Origin: Camelus ferus
Lineage: Eukaryota
Length of the DNA: 64,000 nucleotides
NCBI RefSeq assembly: GCF_009834535.1
Contig: NC_045697.1
Location: 114,888,001-114,952,000 of the forward strand
Reading direction: 5' to 3'
The notes beneath the pieces are model-generated. The model ran no database searches, was not told the DNA's origin, and saw only the letters and a program-made list of their open reading frames with translations. Shown here piece by piece: positions 25,880 to 38,781 of the stretch; positions within the stretch are counted from its first letter, which is position 1, and each line of letters begins with the position of its first letter. The position numbers were made by a program, and so were the translations under genes.

Positions 25880-27220
25880 CTAGTAGAATTCTTAGATTTG
25901 AAGTCTTGTATTTTTCACCAATAATTGAATACCATTTCTTACAATATTTTCAGTCTATTTTTTCTTTTCTCCTTCATTGTTTCCAGTTGCACTTACATTT
26001 GACTTCTTAATATTGCTCTATACTTCAGAGGTATTTTATTCACTTTCAGTCATATTCTCATTTCTGTGCGTTTTACAGTTCATTAATCATTTTTCTTCAA
26101 TGTCTAAATATTTTTAATACTTTCAAATACACTCTTTATCTTCTATGTTTTTACTTAGCTTTTTCAACAAATAGAATACAAATAGTAACATAATTACTGT
26201 TTAGTTATATGAGCTGTTATGTAAAATGTCGTGCTAATTTTAATATTTAAATCAAATCAAGGTCAATTTCAATTGATTGGTTATTATTCATAACATTCTG
26301 CTTCTTTGCATACTTATGGATTTTTGATTGGATGTGGCTATTGTTTTTTATCTTGGTGCTGCTAGTTATTTATTTCTATAAATATTCTTCACCTTTATTT
26401 CAGGACACAGTGAAGATAATTGGATACAATTTGATGCTTTCACGTGTTGGTTTTGATATCTTTTGACTCAGATATTCTTACTGCTTAGTTTAGGGTTAAT
26501 TATTTCTCCATATTGAGACAAGATTCATTTTAAAATGTCTAAATAAAATCTCAGACATCATAAATACTTTTCAGTGTGACTTGCAGGAGCAAACTCTATT
26601 CTCAAACCTGTACGAATACTAGATGCTGTTACCTTTACTCTTTTCAGGTAATTCCTTGGGGAGTTCCTTTGCATGTATGCTCAGTTGAATACAGGAGAAG
26701 CCCCTCTCCAGAACCCCAGAACTCTCCAGCGTTCTCTCTCCGATCAGCTCTTCCTTCTCTCCATCACTCTATCCTGAAAACTCTAACTTTCTTGCTCTCC
26801 CCCAAATCTCAGCTTGTCTCTTCAGTTCAGGGAGTTCACTAAGCTCTATGTGGGCCTTCTTCCTTGCATTGTGGGCTTGAAACTCTTTTATTAGGAAGGT
26901 GATTCAATTATAGAAATTATATACCTTGTTTCTTATCTTTCAGCTTAGTTGCTCATCATTGCTTCTTATGTAGAATTTCTTTATAATCAATGTTTATTTT
27001 TGTTGTTTGTTTGTTTTTTGGGGGGAGTGGAGGTAATTAGGTTTGTTTATTTATTTACTTAATGGAGGTACTGGGGATTGAACCCAGGACTTCATGCATG
27101 CTAAGCAAGTGTTTTACCACTGAGTGATACCCTCCCCCTCATTTTTTTTTTTTTTTTTTGGTTGTTTCGTGAAGAAGGGTAAATCCATTTCCTGTTACTC
27201 TATCGTGGTAAGAAATAGAA
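25880..27220 (-). mobile_element. Old L1M ORF1/5'UTR portion interrupted by a SINE
   Basis: Antisense ORF1-like T-rich sequence. The terminal block agggtaaatccatttcctgttactctatcgtgg...agaaatagaa resembles L1ME 5' ends. Confidence 0.6.
26993..27137 (-). mobile_element. vic-1-type camelid SINE
   Basis: ggaggtaattaggtttgtttatttattt..aatggaggtactggggattgaacccaggacttcatgcatgctaagc...ccactgagtgataccctcccc. Pol III A/B boxes lie on the minus strand. Confidence 0.92.
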
Positions 27221-27645
27221 ATACTACCTTTCTTTTAAGGGAAAAAAATATTCCAAGGGTGACTTTGATTATAGTTAAAATAATAAAATTTCTTGGAAGT
27301 TAACTAATATATAAAATTTATTATCACGAACAGGATGACTTAAAGGTTAAAACCAATATTTAAGTGAAGACTTAACTTTATAATTATTTTTTAGCATTTA
27401 ATAACATTTTGCAATTAAAATAATTTTACAATTATTCTTTATTATACTCTAATTTACTACAAATATCAAATGGAATGTTTTTTTCTTTTTTAAATAATCC
27501 ACAATAGAATATTTTTTTATATTTCTCTTTAAAAGATTCAAGTCTCAGCTCTAGATCTTTTTGCCCTCAGATTTATTCACTTGTTTTTCTCCTAACCTCT
27601 GTATCAGAAGGATTGTTTGTGCCACACAGTTTATTATACAATTTC

Positions 27646-28167
27646 TGCAGGGCAGGAAAAAATTCTCCTCAGCTATCTCAGGGTCTCCAAGTGGGCCTAC
27701 AAGTTAAATTGATGTAAAACAGATTAACAGGGGAAAAGCATACAAATTTACTAAATTTTTACATGTGCATGAGAGCCTTTATGAGAGAATGAAGACCCAA
27801 GGAAGTGACCAGAGCAAGGAGTTTTTATACTTTTCAGAGAAAGAAACAAAACATTTGTGACAAATTAACAAGACAAAAGGGTTTGGGGTGAGGGCAGTAA
27901 ATAGTGAAGAAGGAAGTAAGATGATAAAGGTTTGTTTAACAAGGTTGGTTGTAAGATTTCAGAGCCCCCAATTCCCCATCGATAGTGATAATAATGTTTT
28001 CCTTCCTCTCAGTACAGGGAGAGTACATTTTATATGCAAGTTTTATCTCCTGCTTTCAGGAAGAAAAAGAAGGGTCAGAGTGTCCTTCTTGAACTTGTTA
28101 TTTCTTAACTAAAAATAATCAATATGTCAGGCACATATTTTGGGGGGACATATTCTGGTTTCCTTCA
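27646..28167 (-). mobile_element. MER34/MER39-like solo LTR
   Basis: The minus strand starts tgaaggaaaccagaatatgtccccccaaaatatg, the MER34-group signature as recalled. TG...CA termini. Confidence 0.8.
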
Positions 28168-28676
28168 CTCCTGTGCAAGCTGGCTCTTATCATAGTTTGA
28201 ACAATGCTTGAAACCATTAGAGGAACAGGGGAGAGGGAGACACCTGTGCATTTTTCATCCTGGTTCCCTTCTTCTAGCAACGAATCCAGGCCCTGTTATG
28301 TCTCACTGTCTACTTCTCAAATACTGACGCAATGACCTGCCATTGCTTTACTTTTCATCAAGTGATCTGCACTCTAAGTACAGTAATACAGCAACTGAAC
28401 TTTGTCTCTTTGACCTGTTTTAAATACTCTGAGTGGCTTTTAAGTTGTTGAACTGACTTGGTCTAATCTAGAGAAGGAAGTGTGGAAGTGCAAATCATGT
28501 GTTGGGTTTATTATATAAAATTTCCTTACCTTCTACATATAGGTGTTCACAGAAAGATCCTGATTATCCTTTCTCCAAGGCATGGAAAAATATATTAGTG
28601 ATAAGAACATCAGCATTCTTGGAAAGCTTTTTAGATTTGGAATTAAAAAATTTCTGGTACCAATTCTAATATGCAT

Positions 28677-30277
28677 GTGTGTTGGGAGGGTTTCCCCATA
28701 CCAACAAGCTATTCTCGGGACACAAACTAGGTGTCCTACAATTCATCTCAATTCTGACTCTCTGTGTGGAGATAGCATCAGATTCTGCTAGTGGATAAAG
28801 GAACCCCTAAATTAGGAAGCCCATCAAAGTGTGTGTCCTTAGAGGCAGAAGAATGAAGCAAACAGCCATTTCATTGCTCAGAAGGGGAGATGGAAGGAAA
28901 GTGCTCAAGCAAGGAGAAGGAATGAAAAGCACTTGGGTGGGGAAGGGGAACACTTGGGCGGGGAGCCATCAGCCAAGATGGCCAGTAGAGACAGCTCCAG
29001 CTGTAGCTTGGGCCATGTGGACTTTTCTGGGAGGCTTCTGCCATCATGTCCCTGCTCTGGGTGTGATGCAGCCAATTGTCATGTCTTCCATCTTTGTACG
29101 GGCTTTTCTGGTTGTTGTCCTGGCAATCATCAACTGTCCTAGTACTCGTACTGGTGGCTGTGTCCCTTAGCATGCTAATGCATTCCAATGAGCGTAAAAT
29201 GAGGTACCAGATCCACTGGAAGTCAAATCCTCTGCATTTGGGGCTCTGCAGGTTCTAACTAGTTCTTCTTTCTTCTCTTGAGTCTTAGATAAGAGTAATT
29301 GATTTCTAGTCCAGGGAGGGATAGGGGTAGGATCCTGGGGACAACAGCCTTGGTAACAAAAAGAAAGTTGCTTTGAGTCAGAATGCTTGCAATTTGGTGG
29401 ACCCAGTGAACCCCTCCAAAAATAACTCTGAAGATGCTGCTCAGCCATAAACAAGAGGCAGTGGTGTGGGGGGAAGTGGGGTCCTTGGTTCCTGTAGAAG
29501 AACTTGAAGATAGTGTTTTGTATACATACCCCTTGAGGAGGAACCAGGACCCTGCCCCAAGGCTGCACTATTGTTTTCCTGACTGCTCCTCCCTTGTTTC
29601 TGCATTCCCTCCCTTCCCTGATTAGCAACTGTTTCAATCTGCCTTTTGGAACTCAGGGAAGGTCAAGGAGGCTGCGTGAAGCTTGTTTCTTAGGAAGGAG
29701 AAACAGGGGACAGAAAGGCTTTGTACTTGGGAGGGCCCACAAGGTCCTGCTCCCTTTTAATTCCACAGGTTAAATGCTCAGTCCTACAAGACTACCCTGG
29801 ACCCCCATCAGAGATCATTCACAAGTCCATGTTGTTACGTGTATGTCTAACCAAACCAGCTGCAAACTGCAGGTTCTCACAACCTCCTTCTTGGACTTCA
29901 GACACCATTCATCAGTCTATTTTGTTACCTGACTTCTGACTGAACCCCTCCTCAGGTTTAGCTAATTTGTATGAGCAGCTCACAAAACTCAGAAAAATCA
30001 TTTTACTTACTAGATCACTGGGTTATTATAAAAGGATATAACTCAGGAACAGTCAGATGGAAGAGATCCATAGGATAAGGTATGTAGGAAAAGCACAGAG
30101 CTTCCGAACCCACTCAGAGAGCACCATTCTCCCCAAATCTCTACATGTTCACTAACATGGAAGCTCTCTGAACCCCATCCTATTTGAATTATTATGGAGA
30201 CTTTATTACATAGGTGTAAGTAACTTATTGGCCCCTCGTCATTAATTCAAACTCCAGCTCCCTCTCCACTCCCCAGG
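28677..30277 (-). mobile_element. MER21-like LTR, split by an LTR insertion at 28786-29759
   Basis: ggtgtcctacaattcatctcaattctgac...ggagatagcatcagattc | cacaggttaaatgctcagtcctacaagact...gctcacaaaactcag...aaaggatataactcaggaacagtcagatggaagag is continuous across the insert. Confidence 0.8.
28786..29759 (-). mobile_element. ~970-bp mosaic solo LTR
   Basis: Perfect TSD attc (28782-28785, 29760-29763). 29480-29759 is homologous to the LTR at 6723, and 29140-29260 to the MER41-like LTRs. Confidence 0.8.
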
Positions 30278-30440
30278 ACCACAGCAGCCCTGTGATCTCT
30301 GTCTTAAAGTAGTTGAAAGAGAAATAAGTCATCTGAATATCCTATAGAATACCACGCTGTCCCACTATTGGTAACTCAAAATGATGGCATCCGTTAGCAC
30401 AAAATAGCTCTTAACCATCTACTCTAGTAAAATATAGGCT

Positions 30441-31089
30441 TGCTGGTGGTCATGTTGCCAGGGACTAGGTTCCTGTCCCATTGCAGAAAGAATTCAGAAA
30501 TGAGATGTGGAGTTTAAGAAAGTAAAGTGGGGATTCATTAAGAGATAGATAGATAACACCCTCAAGGGGAGAGTGGGCAGACTCAGGTGAGCAGCTGACC
30601 TGAGTTTCTTTGGCAAGTTGGTTACACAGGGTGTAAAAATGAATGGGTGAAATATTCACTGGGAAGGGAAAGGTTTGGGGTCATTTTCCCTGATTTTCAT
30701 CCCAACTCCACCTTCTCAAAGGGAGGAGGGATTTTTGTACTTACTTAGTCTGGATCAGAAGAGTCATGGCGTCAGTGCATTATGGGCACTTCTTATCTGC
30801 AAGGCTAATTTTATTGAAATGAGGGCATAATGAGCAAAAAGTTATATTTGGACATGAGATTTCTGCTTTTTCCCACCTTTTTTGTCAGCCTCCAGTACAC
30901 TCATCACCCCAAAATGTGTGATTTCTTATCAGCCCAGAAGTTCCTGCTTTTCTTTCTCTGCCCAGGGACCCCTGTTGTTTACATGATGTAGGGTTTCCTG
31001 CATTTGGCCTGTGCCCCTCCTTTCTGCCCAGTTCCTGCCATTTGGCCTGTGTCCCCTTTCTCTGCTCATCTCTAGCTATCTGTCTGCTC
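30441..31089 (-). mobile_element. Solo LTR (family of 5209-5863 and 55741-56330)
   Basis: The reverse complement aligns along its length to 5209-5863. The last ~5 bp of the 5' terminus and one TSD copy are missing. Confidence 0.88.
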
Positions 31090-31937
31090 AGAGTCAGAAA
31101 TCAATCCAATGAAAATTCTGAGTCTGGTTCGATGACTGAAGAGCCTAGAGGTCCCACAATTATGAACACATTGGGGAACAGAGTCTAAACCTAGAGGCAC
31201 TTGGCACTGCCTAACCCTGAGAAAGTGGCTACATTCATTTTGGATCTCTTCAAGTTTTTGAGGCAACAAAAGCCCACACTGGGCTTCGTGATCCAACTCC
31301 TGTGAGTTAACTCATTCAGCTGGAAATTTTTGAGTGGAGTCAAAAGAAAAATATGGCTATAAGCAAGTTCAGACTGAAGAGGAAGCCTCCCAAAAATCTG
31401 ATCTCATAAACCTGCAGGTACAATGGTGCTCACACAGCCAATCATAGACAAAGGGTGCTTTGTGGATCCCCTGAGAAGCCCCATTACAATGAGGGCAGCA
31501 CAGATTCAGAGGACTTTGTGGGAAAATAATGGCCTCCTCTAGTGATAACTATTCTCTTTCTGAAAGGCAGCTCTTGCCTCTTTATTGGTCCTTGATAGAA
31601 CTTGACCGTATAGCTGTGCTTTATCCCTGACTCTGAGACCTGAACTGACATCCTGATAGAGTGAAACTGAATACACCGTACCACAAAAATGGATTTTCAG
31701 CCTTCGTTTTCTGTTATAAAATTAGGACAGGATGAAATATATTTGGAAGCTGTGTTATTCACTAGGATATCTCTTCATACATCCAAGACCAAGTTTCGTG
31801 GGTGGATATAGCAACCCAGTGAATTGAGGACCACGGAGGACTCAGTTTCTTCAATAGGAATGTCTGGATTACTACCCCTGTAAAGAAGGGTGATCAGCTT
31901 AAGTGCTGGCTGTGTGCAAAGTAAAGATGGAAATCTT

Positions 31938-32084
31938 TTTCTTTTTGGTTTGGGTTTTTTTTGGTGGGAGAGCAGAAATTAAGTTAATTTATCTATTTAT
32001 TTTAACGGAGGTACTGGGGATTAAACCCAGGACCTTGTGTATGCTAAGCATGCATTCTACCACTGAGCTATACCCTCCCTCCCC
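31938..32084 (-). mobile_element. vic-1-type camelid SINE
   Basis: ggaggtactggggattaaacccaggaccttgtgtatgctaagcatgcattctaccactgagctataccctccc. 17-bp TSD gtaaagatggaaatctt / gcaaagaatgaaatctt (3 mismatches). Confidence 0.92.
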
Positions 32085-35000
32085 GCAAAGAATGAAATCT
32101 TAATAAATGCCAACTACCACCTCATTGCCAGCACAGATATGAAAATTTTAGTAGCTAGGTATACTTGGATTACTCTATATTAACTAACATTAGTTGTGCC
32201 CTTTCTCGGAGGTGTGGTGCTTAACTACACAATTTAGAATTTGGGGGAGAGTTTGGATATTACACTGGTTTGGTTATGATGTCTAATAAATTTGAGTTTA
32301 CTTTTCTTAAAGAAAAGATGAGATCATTTTTTTTTCATGACAGATATTCACCTAAGATTCATCGTAAGCAAAAAGGATTAAATAAAGATAATTAATGTAA
32401 CACAGTCACACAATTCCTGAGTTTCACCTCATTTTTTGAGTGTGCTACTTGGTTAAGAGGTTATCTGGAGATCAGAGTAATATTTGTTCATTATTAACAG
32501 CTAGTTTCCTTGGAAACTCCTCTGTTTGCTCACCAGTTTGGGTATCTCCGTATACTCCAGGATGATTTTAGATTTCAAATCTCATTTCTCCTGTTGATAG
32601 AGCATTGCTGTATCAATCCTCTTGGTATGTTCTAGTCTGTTTCCTGTGAAAATGTCTTAGACTTTTGTATTTCTAAACCATATAAATTCTGAACTTGTCT
32701 TAAACATAATGAATATATGAAATTGTCAAAACCTATCCAATTTAGTACAACTTAGCTGTCAAACTTATTTTATTTGGGGCTGAACTATTTTTTAATTACT
32801 AAGTCCATGGAAAAATATTTTAAGCATAATAGATAATAAAGATTGACTTTATTATTATACTTTGAAAGTTACTTACTATTCAGGTTTTGTCTTTGGGAAG
32901 TTTTTTATGAAGTTAAGTTAAAAAGATAATGTTGAAAAAACTGACAAGATTTCCATAAGCTTTAAGTGACCATTTTTACCTTTTTTTAAAGTTCACTAAA
33001 ATCAGTGAAAAGGCTTTTATTTGCGAATGTACAGAGCTGAGTTCTCATCACACACTAGAAAGCCAGGAATGTGATGTAAAATTATCTGCAGCACATTTAG
33101 AAAATGTTTCTTTTCTCTCTCCATGACATTTTGGTTCAAAATACCATACTACTCATGAATACTTCCTATTTGCAAACCACAGATTATGTACAGAAATAAA
33201 TGATGCCTGTGGTTCCCAGTTCTATAAAAGAATCTCTGGTCTAACTTACACTACAAAAATGAGCCAACGAATAGAGTGCGTGCAACATTTAAATCATCTG
33301 AACATAATTCTGACAAGGTTTGGTTGCAAGATTGAGATTTCCCAACATAGGCTGGTGAGATTCTCAAATTTTTTTTTTTTTTTTAAAGAAATGAGAGATT
33401 TAGAAGATCAAATCTGCTGCCGTATCCACGGAAGCCAATCTATTATCAACAAGAATGTCATCACTCAGAATCCCTTCATGTCTTGTCATGTCTTGCTGGA
33501 GCCAACTGTAGCAACACACAGCAGAACTGGCATTGTTGCTTTTGTCATGATGAGCAGCCCTGCCAGAGTAACTGCCTAAAATGTCCCCAGAAGGGATCAA
33601 AACATCTTCATGTTAATTATTAAGAAACTCCAGTAGCTAAAATCTAATTATTGAAACGTACTGCAATTAAAAAGAAAAACAAAAAAAATCACCATAAGAA
33701 TCACGTAAGTGGACGAACCAACCCATTTCATGCCACACTGATAGAAAATCATGCAAATCCATGTTTTAAATGTTAAAAAGGGTCTAAAACATATGTTCAG
33801 TCCCCTTGTTACAACTTTTGATACCACTTATTTTTGAAACTGCTTAAACTGAAAGAGAGCATATTGTTCTCGAGGAACACAGTTATAATTATTGGAGATT
33901 TTTTCTTCTTTTAAAACCAAAGTGTTTAAATATCGATGTATTTCTGACAGCATCTACCTTGCAAATTAGTGCCAAAATATGTATTTAGTGTATGAATAAA
34001 TGATAAAATGCTGTATGGAACAACAGAAGAACATCTGTGGTTTATTTATTGTATTCCCCTAAATTTTTGACTTACTGTCTCTTTCTTTCGATTTATTCTG
34101 CACTCTTCTGAATCAGTATACTTAGCTATTAGAAAGAATAAATATTTGGCAAATGCCTCCCAGGGAGAAAATAACCCTTATATTAGATAGTCAACTATAA
34201 GATCATTTATGTAAAGTGGAAAAATAACTATGACAATTCTTATTAAAAATAATTCTCCAGATAAAATATATCTTCATGATTCAGAAGTACATTTGCAGAG
34301 TGAAGTCAAACTGCATAATATAGTCTTGGCTTAAATTATGGGGAAGAAAGAGTTTTTCCCAAGTACATGAGTCTTTCCTTTTTATCCATATATTAAGCAA
34401 ATTTTAACCTATTGCAGTACTCTTGTTAAAATGCTTATAATTTTAGGTATGTAGGTAATTATTTATTAACCAAAAATTGAACATCTCTAAAGAGGAAAAT
34501 TTTGGTGGACCTCGTGTTACCTGAAGCAGTTGGGGTATTTTGTCCTGGGGTTTCTTCCAAATAACTGTCTAGTCATCCGTCACATAAACAAGATTCAACT
34601 TTTGGGACAGGCCGAGCCAGTTTTCTGAAAAATTACATGGGCCTTTACAGGAAACTCATGTTACAAAATTACTATTTTGGTTAAAAGCGGAGTTTCTGTC
34701 AGAAATATTGCAAAGCCATCCTTCTTCCTTCTTGAGAAACACGGACCAAATATACTTAAGAGGCTGGCTTTTATAACATTATACCCTATTTGAAATAATC
34801 GTTTGACACCTTAGTTATCAAGGGCTTCAGTGCAAAAAAGCGTTAGAACAAAAAGAACCTGTTACTCAACCTTATTAACAAAATCATCCTCAGCATTTTG
34901 TTTAAATGATACATTATCCTAAGGTTCATATTTGAGCATTATAGGTTATGACTGCAGTCATACTGGGTAATCTAACACACTGAAAATGTCTGTTATGCCA

Positions 35001-36027
35001 TTTGGTAGAATAACATTGTCAAGTGTTATTCTCCAATGCAGCGCCAGGAACTGGGAGGCGTAATAGAGAAGAAATGATCAGCATATGGTCATAATAAACC
35101 AGCCATTGTGTTGGCATTTTACAATACATGATATTACTGTTCGTAAGGGTCCCATCTGAATTGTGACTTTGTTTTCTTTTTTCTTTTTTTTTTTTTTTTT
35201 GATTAGGGAAAAGGGCTTAGAGAGATTTAGTAATTTAATATTGCTTACAACGGTAGGAGACCATAACACTGATGTTTAAGCCAGGATCCATTTGACCCCG
35301 ACATTTCACATATGTCAGTTTTGCTAGTGTAATAACTGTTGTCTACACTAACTTGAAACACCTAGCCTGCCTTTTACACTCTGTTCACTTTCTGGTGTAG
35401 AAGATTTTAATGCACAGTTGTCTATCAGAATTATGTGCCTCAGTTGAACAGATAATAAACTTGACAATCTTCATCTGATGTGTCATTGGTTATGAGATCA
35501 TGTTAGACAAAGGTGAAGGGGACAGTTTTATCATTTTCAAATTTACATACATTCTTCCTGTTCTTTGTTGTTTGGGTCTGACCTTTTCTTGACTGAGCTA
35601 CCTGTGTGCATCATGAATTATCAAAGGTACATCTTATGGAATGACTTACCTGCAGAACTTTGACCTTAGTGCCTGCCAGCTTTGAAGAGTGTGGGGTATT
35701 GGGACTGGTACTGAAGGACTGACTAACCATGATCACTGTGCACCAGAAAGGAAGTAGTTTATCCCATTCAGATTCCTTGGGAAAAGATACTTGAAGGTCA
35801 TTCTCGCCTTTGTTGAAAATTATTGAAAACATACTGCTCATTACGATAAACTTTCATGCCTGAGATCCCACATGGAAATGGATTTCCATAAAGCTGTTTA
35901 TCTTGAATGATCCACATCCTTTCCCCTACCTGTTAATAAGTGACTATGTATACTTTCTTTTGAGTTGACACTGAAAAGTTTTGCATTTGAAATGAACGGT
36001 CACTCACTAAAACTCCTTCAGCTGTTA

Positions 36028-36325
36028 ATCATTCATTCATTAAAAGTTATCGAGACCTTATTATGTGCCCACAACTTCTCTAAGCACTGAGAATTCAGCA
36101 GTAAATAAAACGGTTCTAAAAGCTGCCTTCAGGAAGTTTACATTCCAGCAGGGAAGACAGATGGAAAAACCTGGAGCTAAACAGGTAAAGGAGAAAAACA
36201 AATCAACAAAGAAGGTAAATAGGAAGTTTCCAATGGTAGAGACTGACAGAATGAAATATCAATAAGATAAAAATCGGAATGATCTCTAATAAAAAGGTGA
36301 CTTTTGCATAAATACATGAAGGATC
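36028..36325 (-). mobile_element. L2 3' end
   Basis: attcattcatt...ttattatgtgcc...aagcactgagaattcagcagtaaataaaac...ctgccttcaggaagtttacattccagcagggaagacaga. Confidence 0.8.
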
Positions 36326-36714
36326 CTAATAGTATACTTATACACTTCTATTTGTTACTTGTCTTAAATAATTAAGACAGAACAGCTTATCACATGTATT
36401 TTATAAATCTTGAGTCTCATAAAAGCCTTATCAACCTTTACAAATTGTATTGTTATGTCACTGGGCTTTACTCACTACACGCTGAAAATCACTGTTATTC
36501 TTTCAAGTCCTCAAAGTCAAGAAGAATCTTTTCTACTTGGGGATCTTTACATATACTGCTTCTGCAGCACAATGTGTTTTTTCTTTTTTTTTTTTTTTTA
36601 TTCTGCCTCATCATTAAGCCCACTCCTCATATAGTCATTCTACAATCGTCTAATATAAAGCAAATCTCCCCTTGGAAGGTAATATAATCACTTTTTTTTT
36701 GCACAACAACACTT

Positions 36715-37930
36715 CAGTTTCTTTAATCAATATATAGGTCTTTTCAGATTGCCATTTCTTATATCAGTTTGGATATTGTCTGTATCAAGGAATTTGTCCA
36801 ATTTCTCTAAACCACTAGTAACTGGTATAAATTTGTTTATATTGTTCCCTTTTCATCTTTTTACTGATTATTGACTCTTTCATTTTTAATTTTAGTAATT
36901 TGCATCATCTCTACCTTTTTCCTTTTACAATCTAGTAAAATGTTTACCAAACTATTGACCTTATAATCTATTGTTTTTATTTTTATTTTTCTCTATTGTT
37001 TGTCTTTATTGTTTTTATTATGCCTTAGTACTCATCTTTTATTGAATTTTCTAAGATTTTTCTAATTTGTTAAGATGAAGTCAGATCATTATTTTATATT
37101 TTTCTTTTTTCAGTTATAACATTTAAAGATATGACTTTCCCTTAAACATTTCTTTATGTACATCACAAATATTAATATTTGTGTTTTCTAATCATTCCAC
37201 TTAAAATATTTTCTAATTTCACTTGTATTTTTCCATTTGATCCATTGGCTAGTTAAGAGTATGTGAGTTTACAAACTGTGTGCATTTTCCAGATACTTTT
37301 TTGTTATTGACTTTTAACATTTTCTCTTTTGGTCAGGGAAGAGTCTTAAAGGATTTAAGTCATTTTATATTTTATAAAAAACATCTGAGCCTGTCCTGGT
37401 CAGTTCAGATGTGCAATTGAAAAGAATGTTTATTCTGCTTTCATTGGTGGAGTGGAGTGTACATGTCATTTAGTTCCAGTTGATGTCTTTCATAGCTTTT
37501 TTAAATTTTCTAAACACTTTGTCAATTCCTAAGAGAGAGTTGTTCAAATCTCTAAATATGTTTTTGATTTTTTTATTTCTCTTTCAAGTCCAGCTTCTGT
37601 ATTCCAACTTTTTCATCAAAAGCATACACATTTATTATTTTATTTTTGGTTAACTTAATTGACTCCTTTATTGTGAAATATCCCTTTACATTTATTTAAT
37701 ATTCTTCCTCCTAAATTATACTTTATATTTATATAGACACTCTTGATTTTGTATAATTAGTGTTTGTATGGTAAACATTTTCATTCTTTTAATTTAGCAT
37801 ATTGGTGAATATCACTCTTTTATTTCATCTAACAATCTTTTCATTCTAACTGGTGTGTTTCATTCTAACTGGTGTATTTATATCTAAATTAATATGTAGT
37901 GTGGTTAGGTTCATATACATTATATTGGAT
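36715..37930 (-). mobile_element. Old L1M ORF2 fragment
   Basis: ttctttaatcaatatataggtcttttcagatt...caaggaatttgtccaattt...gtgcaattgaaaagaatgtttattctgct is antisense L1 ORF2 N-terminal region. Confidence 0.75.
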
Positions 37931-38021
37931 TTTGCCATATTTCTTTAAAGAGTATTGACTTTTGTTAAGTTGTTTCTTAATTTATAGATCAGTTTGACTT
38001 TTTCAAAGCTTGTTTTTAGAG

Positions 38022-38086
38022 TTTCTGTCTTTCTCTTTCTTTCTTTCTTTCTTTCTCTTTCTTTCTTCCTTTCTCCTTCCTTTCTC

Positions 38087-38174
<88 letters not shown>

Positions 38175-38235
38175 TTTCTTTCTTTTTCTTTCTTCCTCCC
38201 TCCCTTCCTTCCTTCCTTCCTTCCTTTTTTTCCCC
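38022..38235. repeat. (TTTC)n / (TTCC)n polypyrimidine microsatellite
   Basis: Directly visible. It explains the F/L/S-rich ORFs at 37994 and 38010. Confidence 0.97.
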
Positions 38236-38781
38236 CTAGATGAGAATATATTTTACTTTATGGTTTTTTAATCTTGCTTCCAAGATATTTACTTTTTTGA
38301 TGTTTCTACTAAATGCCCTACATGTTTGATTAATTATCTCTACTCTGGTAGAAACTTGAATGTTTCCAGCCCTTAAATCTTCTTGGTAGCTGTTCATTTC
38401 CTGCTTTTAAAATGAATAAGTAAAGCATTTAAAATTAACGTCATGATTCATGTTCTCCATCGTAGTTTACCTTTATGTCCTAAAAGTAGATGTCTCTTCT
38501 GTTACTCTACCTAGCACAAATGTTGTATCTCCGTATGTCTTTTCTATGTTTGTTTTTTTCCTTTGTTTTATATTCTTCTGTCAACTTGTAATTCTGGAAA
38601 CTTTATGTTCTCATAGAAATTTCACCAGTCTCTCTAGAATCTAGACATATTTCAAGCATAAAAGAGTAGATAACTATTAGACAAATTGTTGAGTGAAGGA
38701 ATGATTTGCAATGATTGCCAGAAGGAGAAAAGGAAAATGTATAAAGATGAATAAGATGAGAAATTTATCTTCTGAAGATGA

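Larger units (their letters stand above)
30290..32200 (+). pseudogene. ERVL/MaLR internal fossil (pol RT-RNaseH remnant and 3' internal region), split by an LTR and a SINE
   Basis: Decayed reads of ERVL pol motifs in order: HLNIL*NTTLSHY (~30329, normally followed by IDD), EINPMKI (~31097), ...RQQKPTLG...FEWSQK (~31260-31345) and DNYSLSERQLL (~31543). Confidence 0.8.

Noticed and set aside
29167..29637. 156-aa ORF, with a similar peptide in ORF 6856-7149
   Set aside because: Both lie inside related LTRs. The shared 'LIREG.E.RNKGGAV' peptide only reflects LTR DNA homology.
32005..32084. tRNA-Ala-like sequence (also at ~27063-27137 and ~24525-24593)
   Set aside because: These are SINE heads: they are followed by the SINE-specific tail, two of the three have clear TSDs, and the stems are mutated.
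33259..33600. Overlapping antiparallel ORFs of 106 and 66 aa in unique DNA
   Set aside because: The plus-strand ORF runs through a T homopolymer, neither resembles a known protein, and there are no convincing splice boundaries.
37994..38243. Hydrophobic F/L/S-rich ORFs resembling membrane peptides (also the Y/I-rich ORFs at 2883-3106)
   Set aside because: These are translations of microsatellites.
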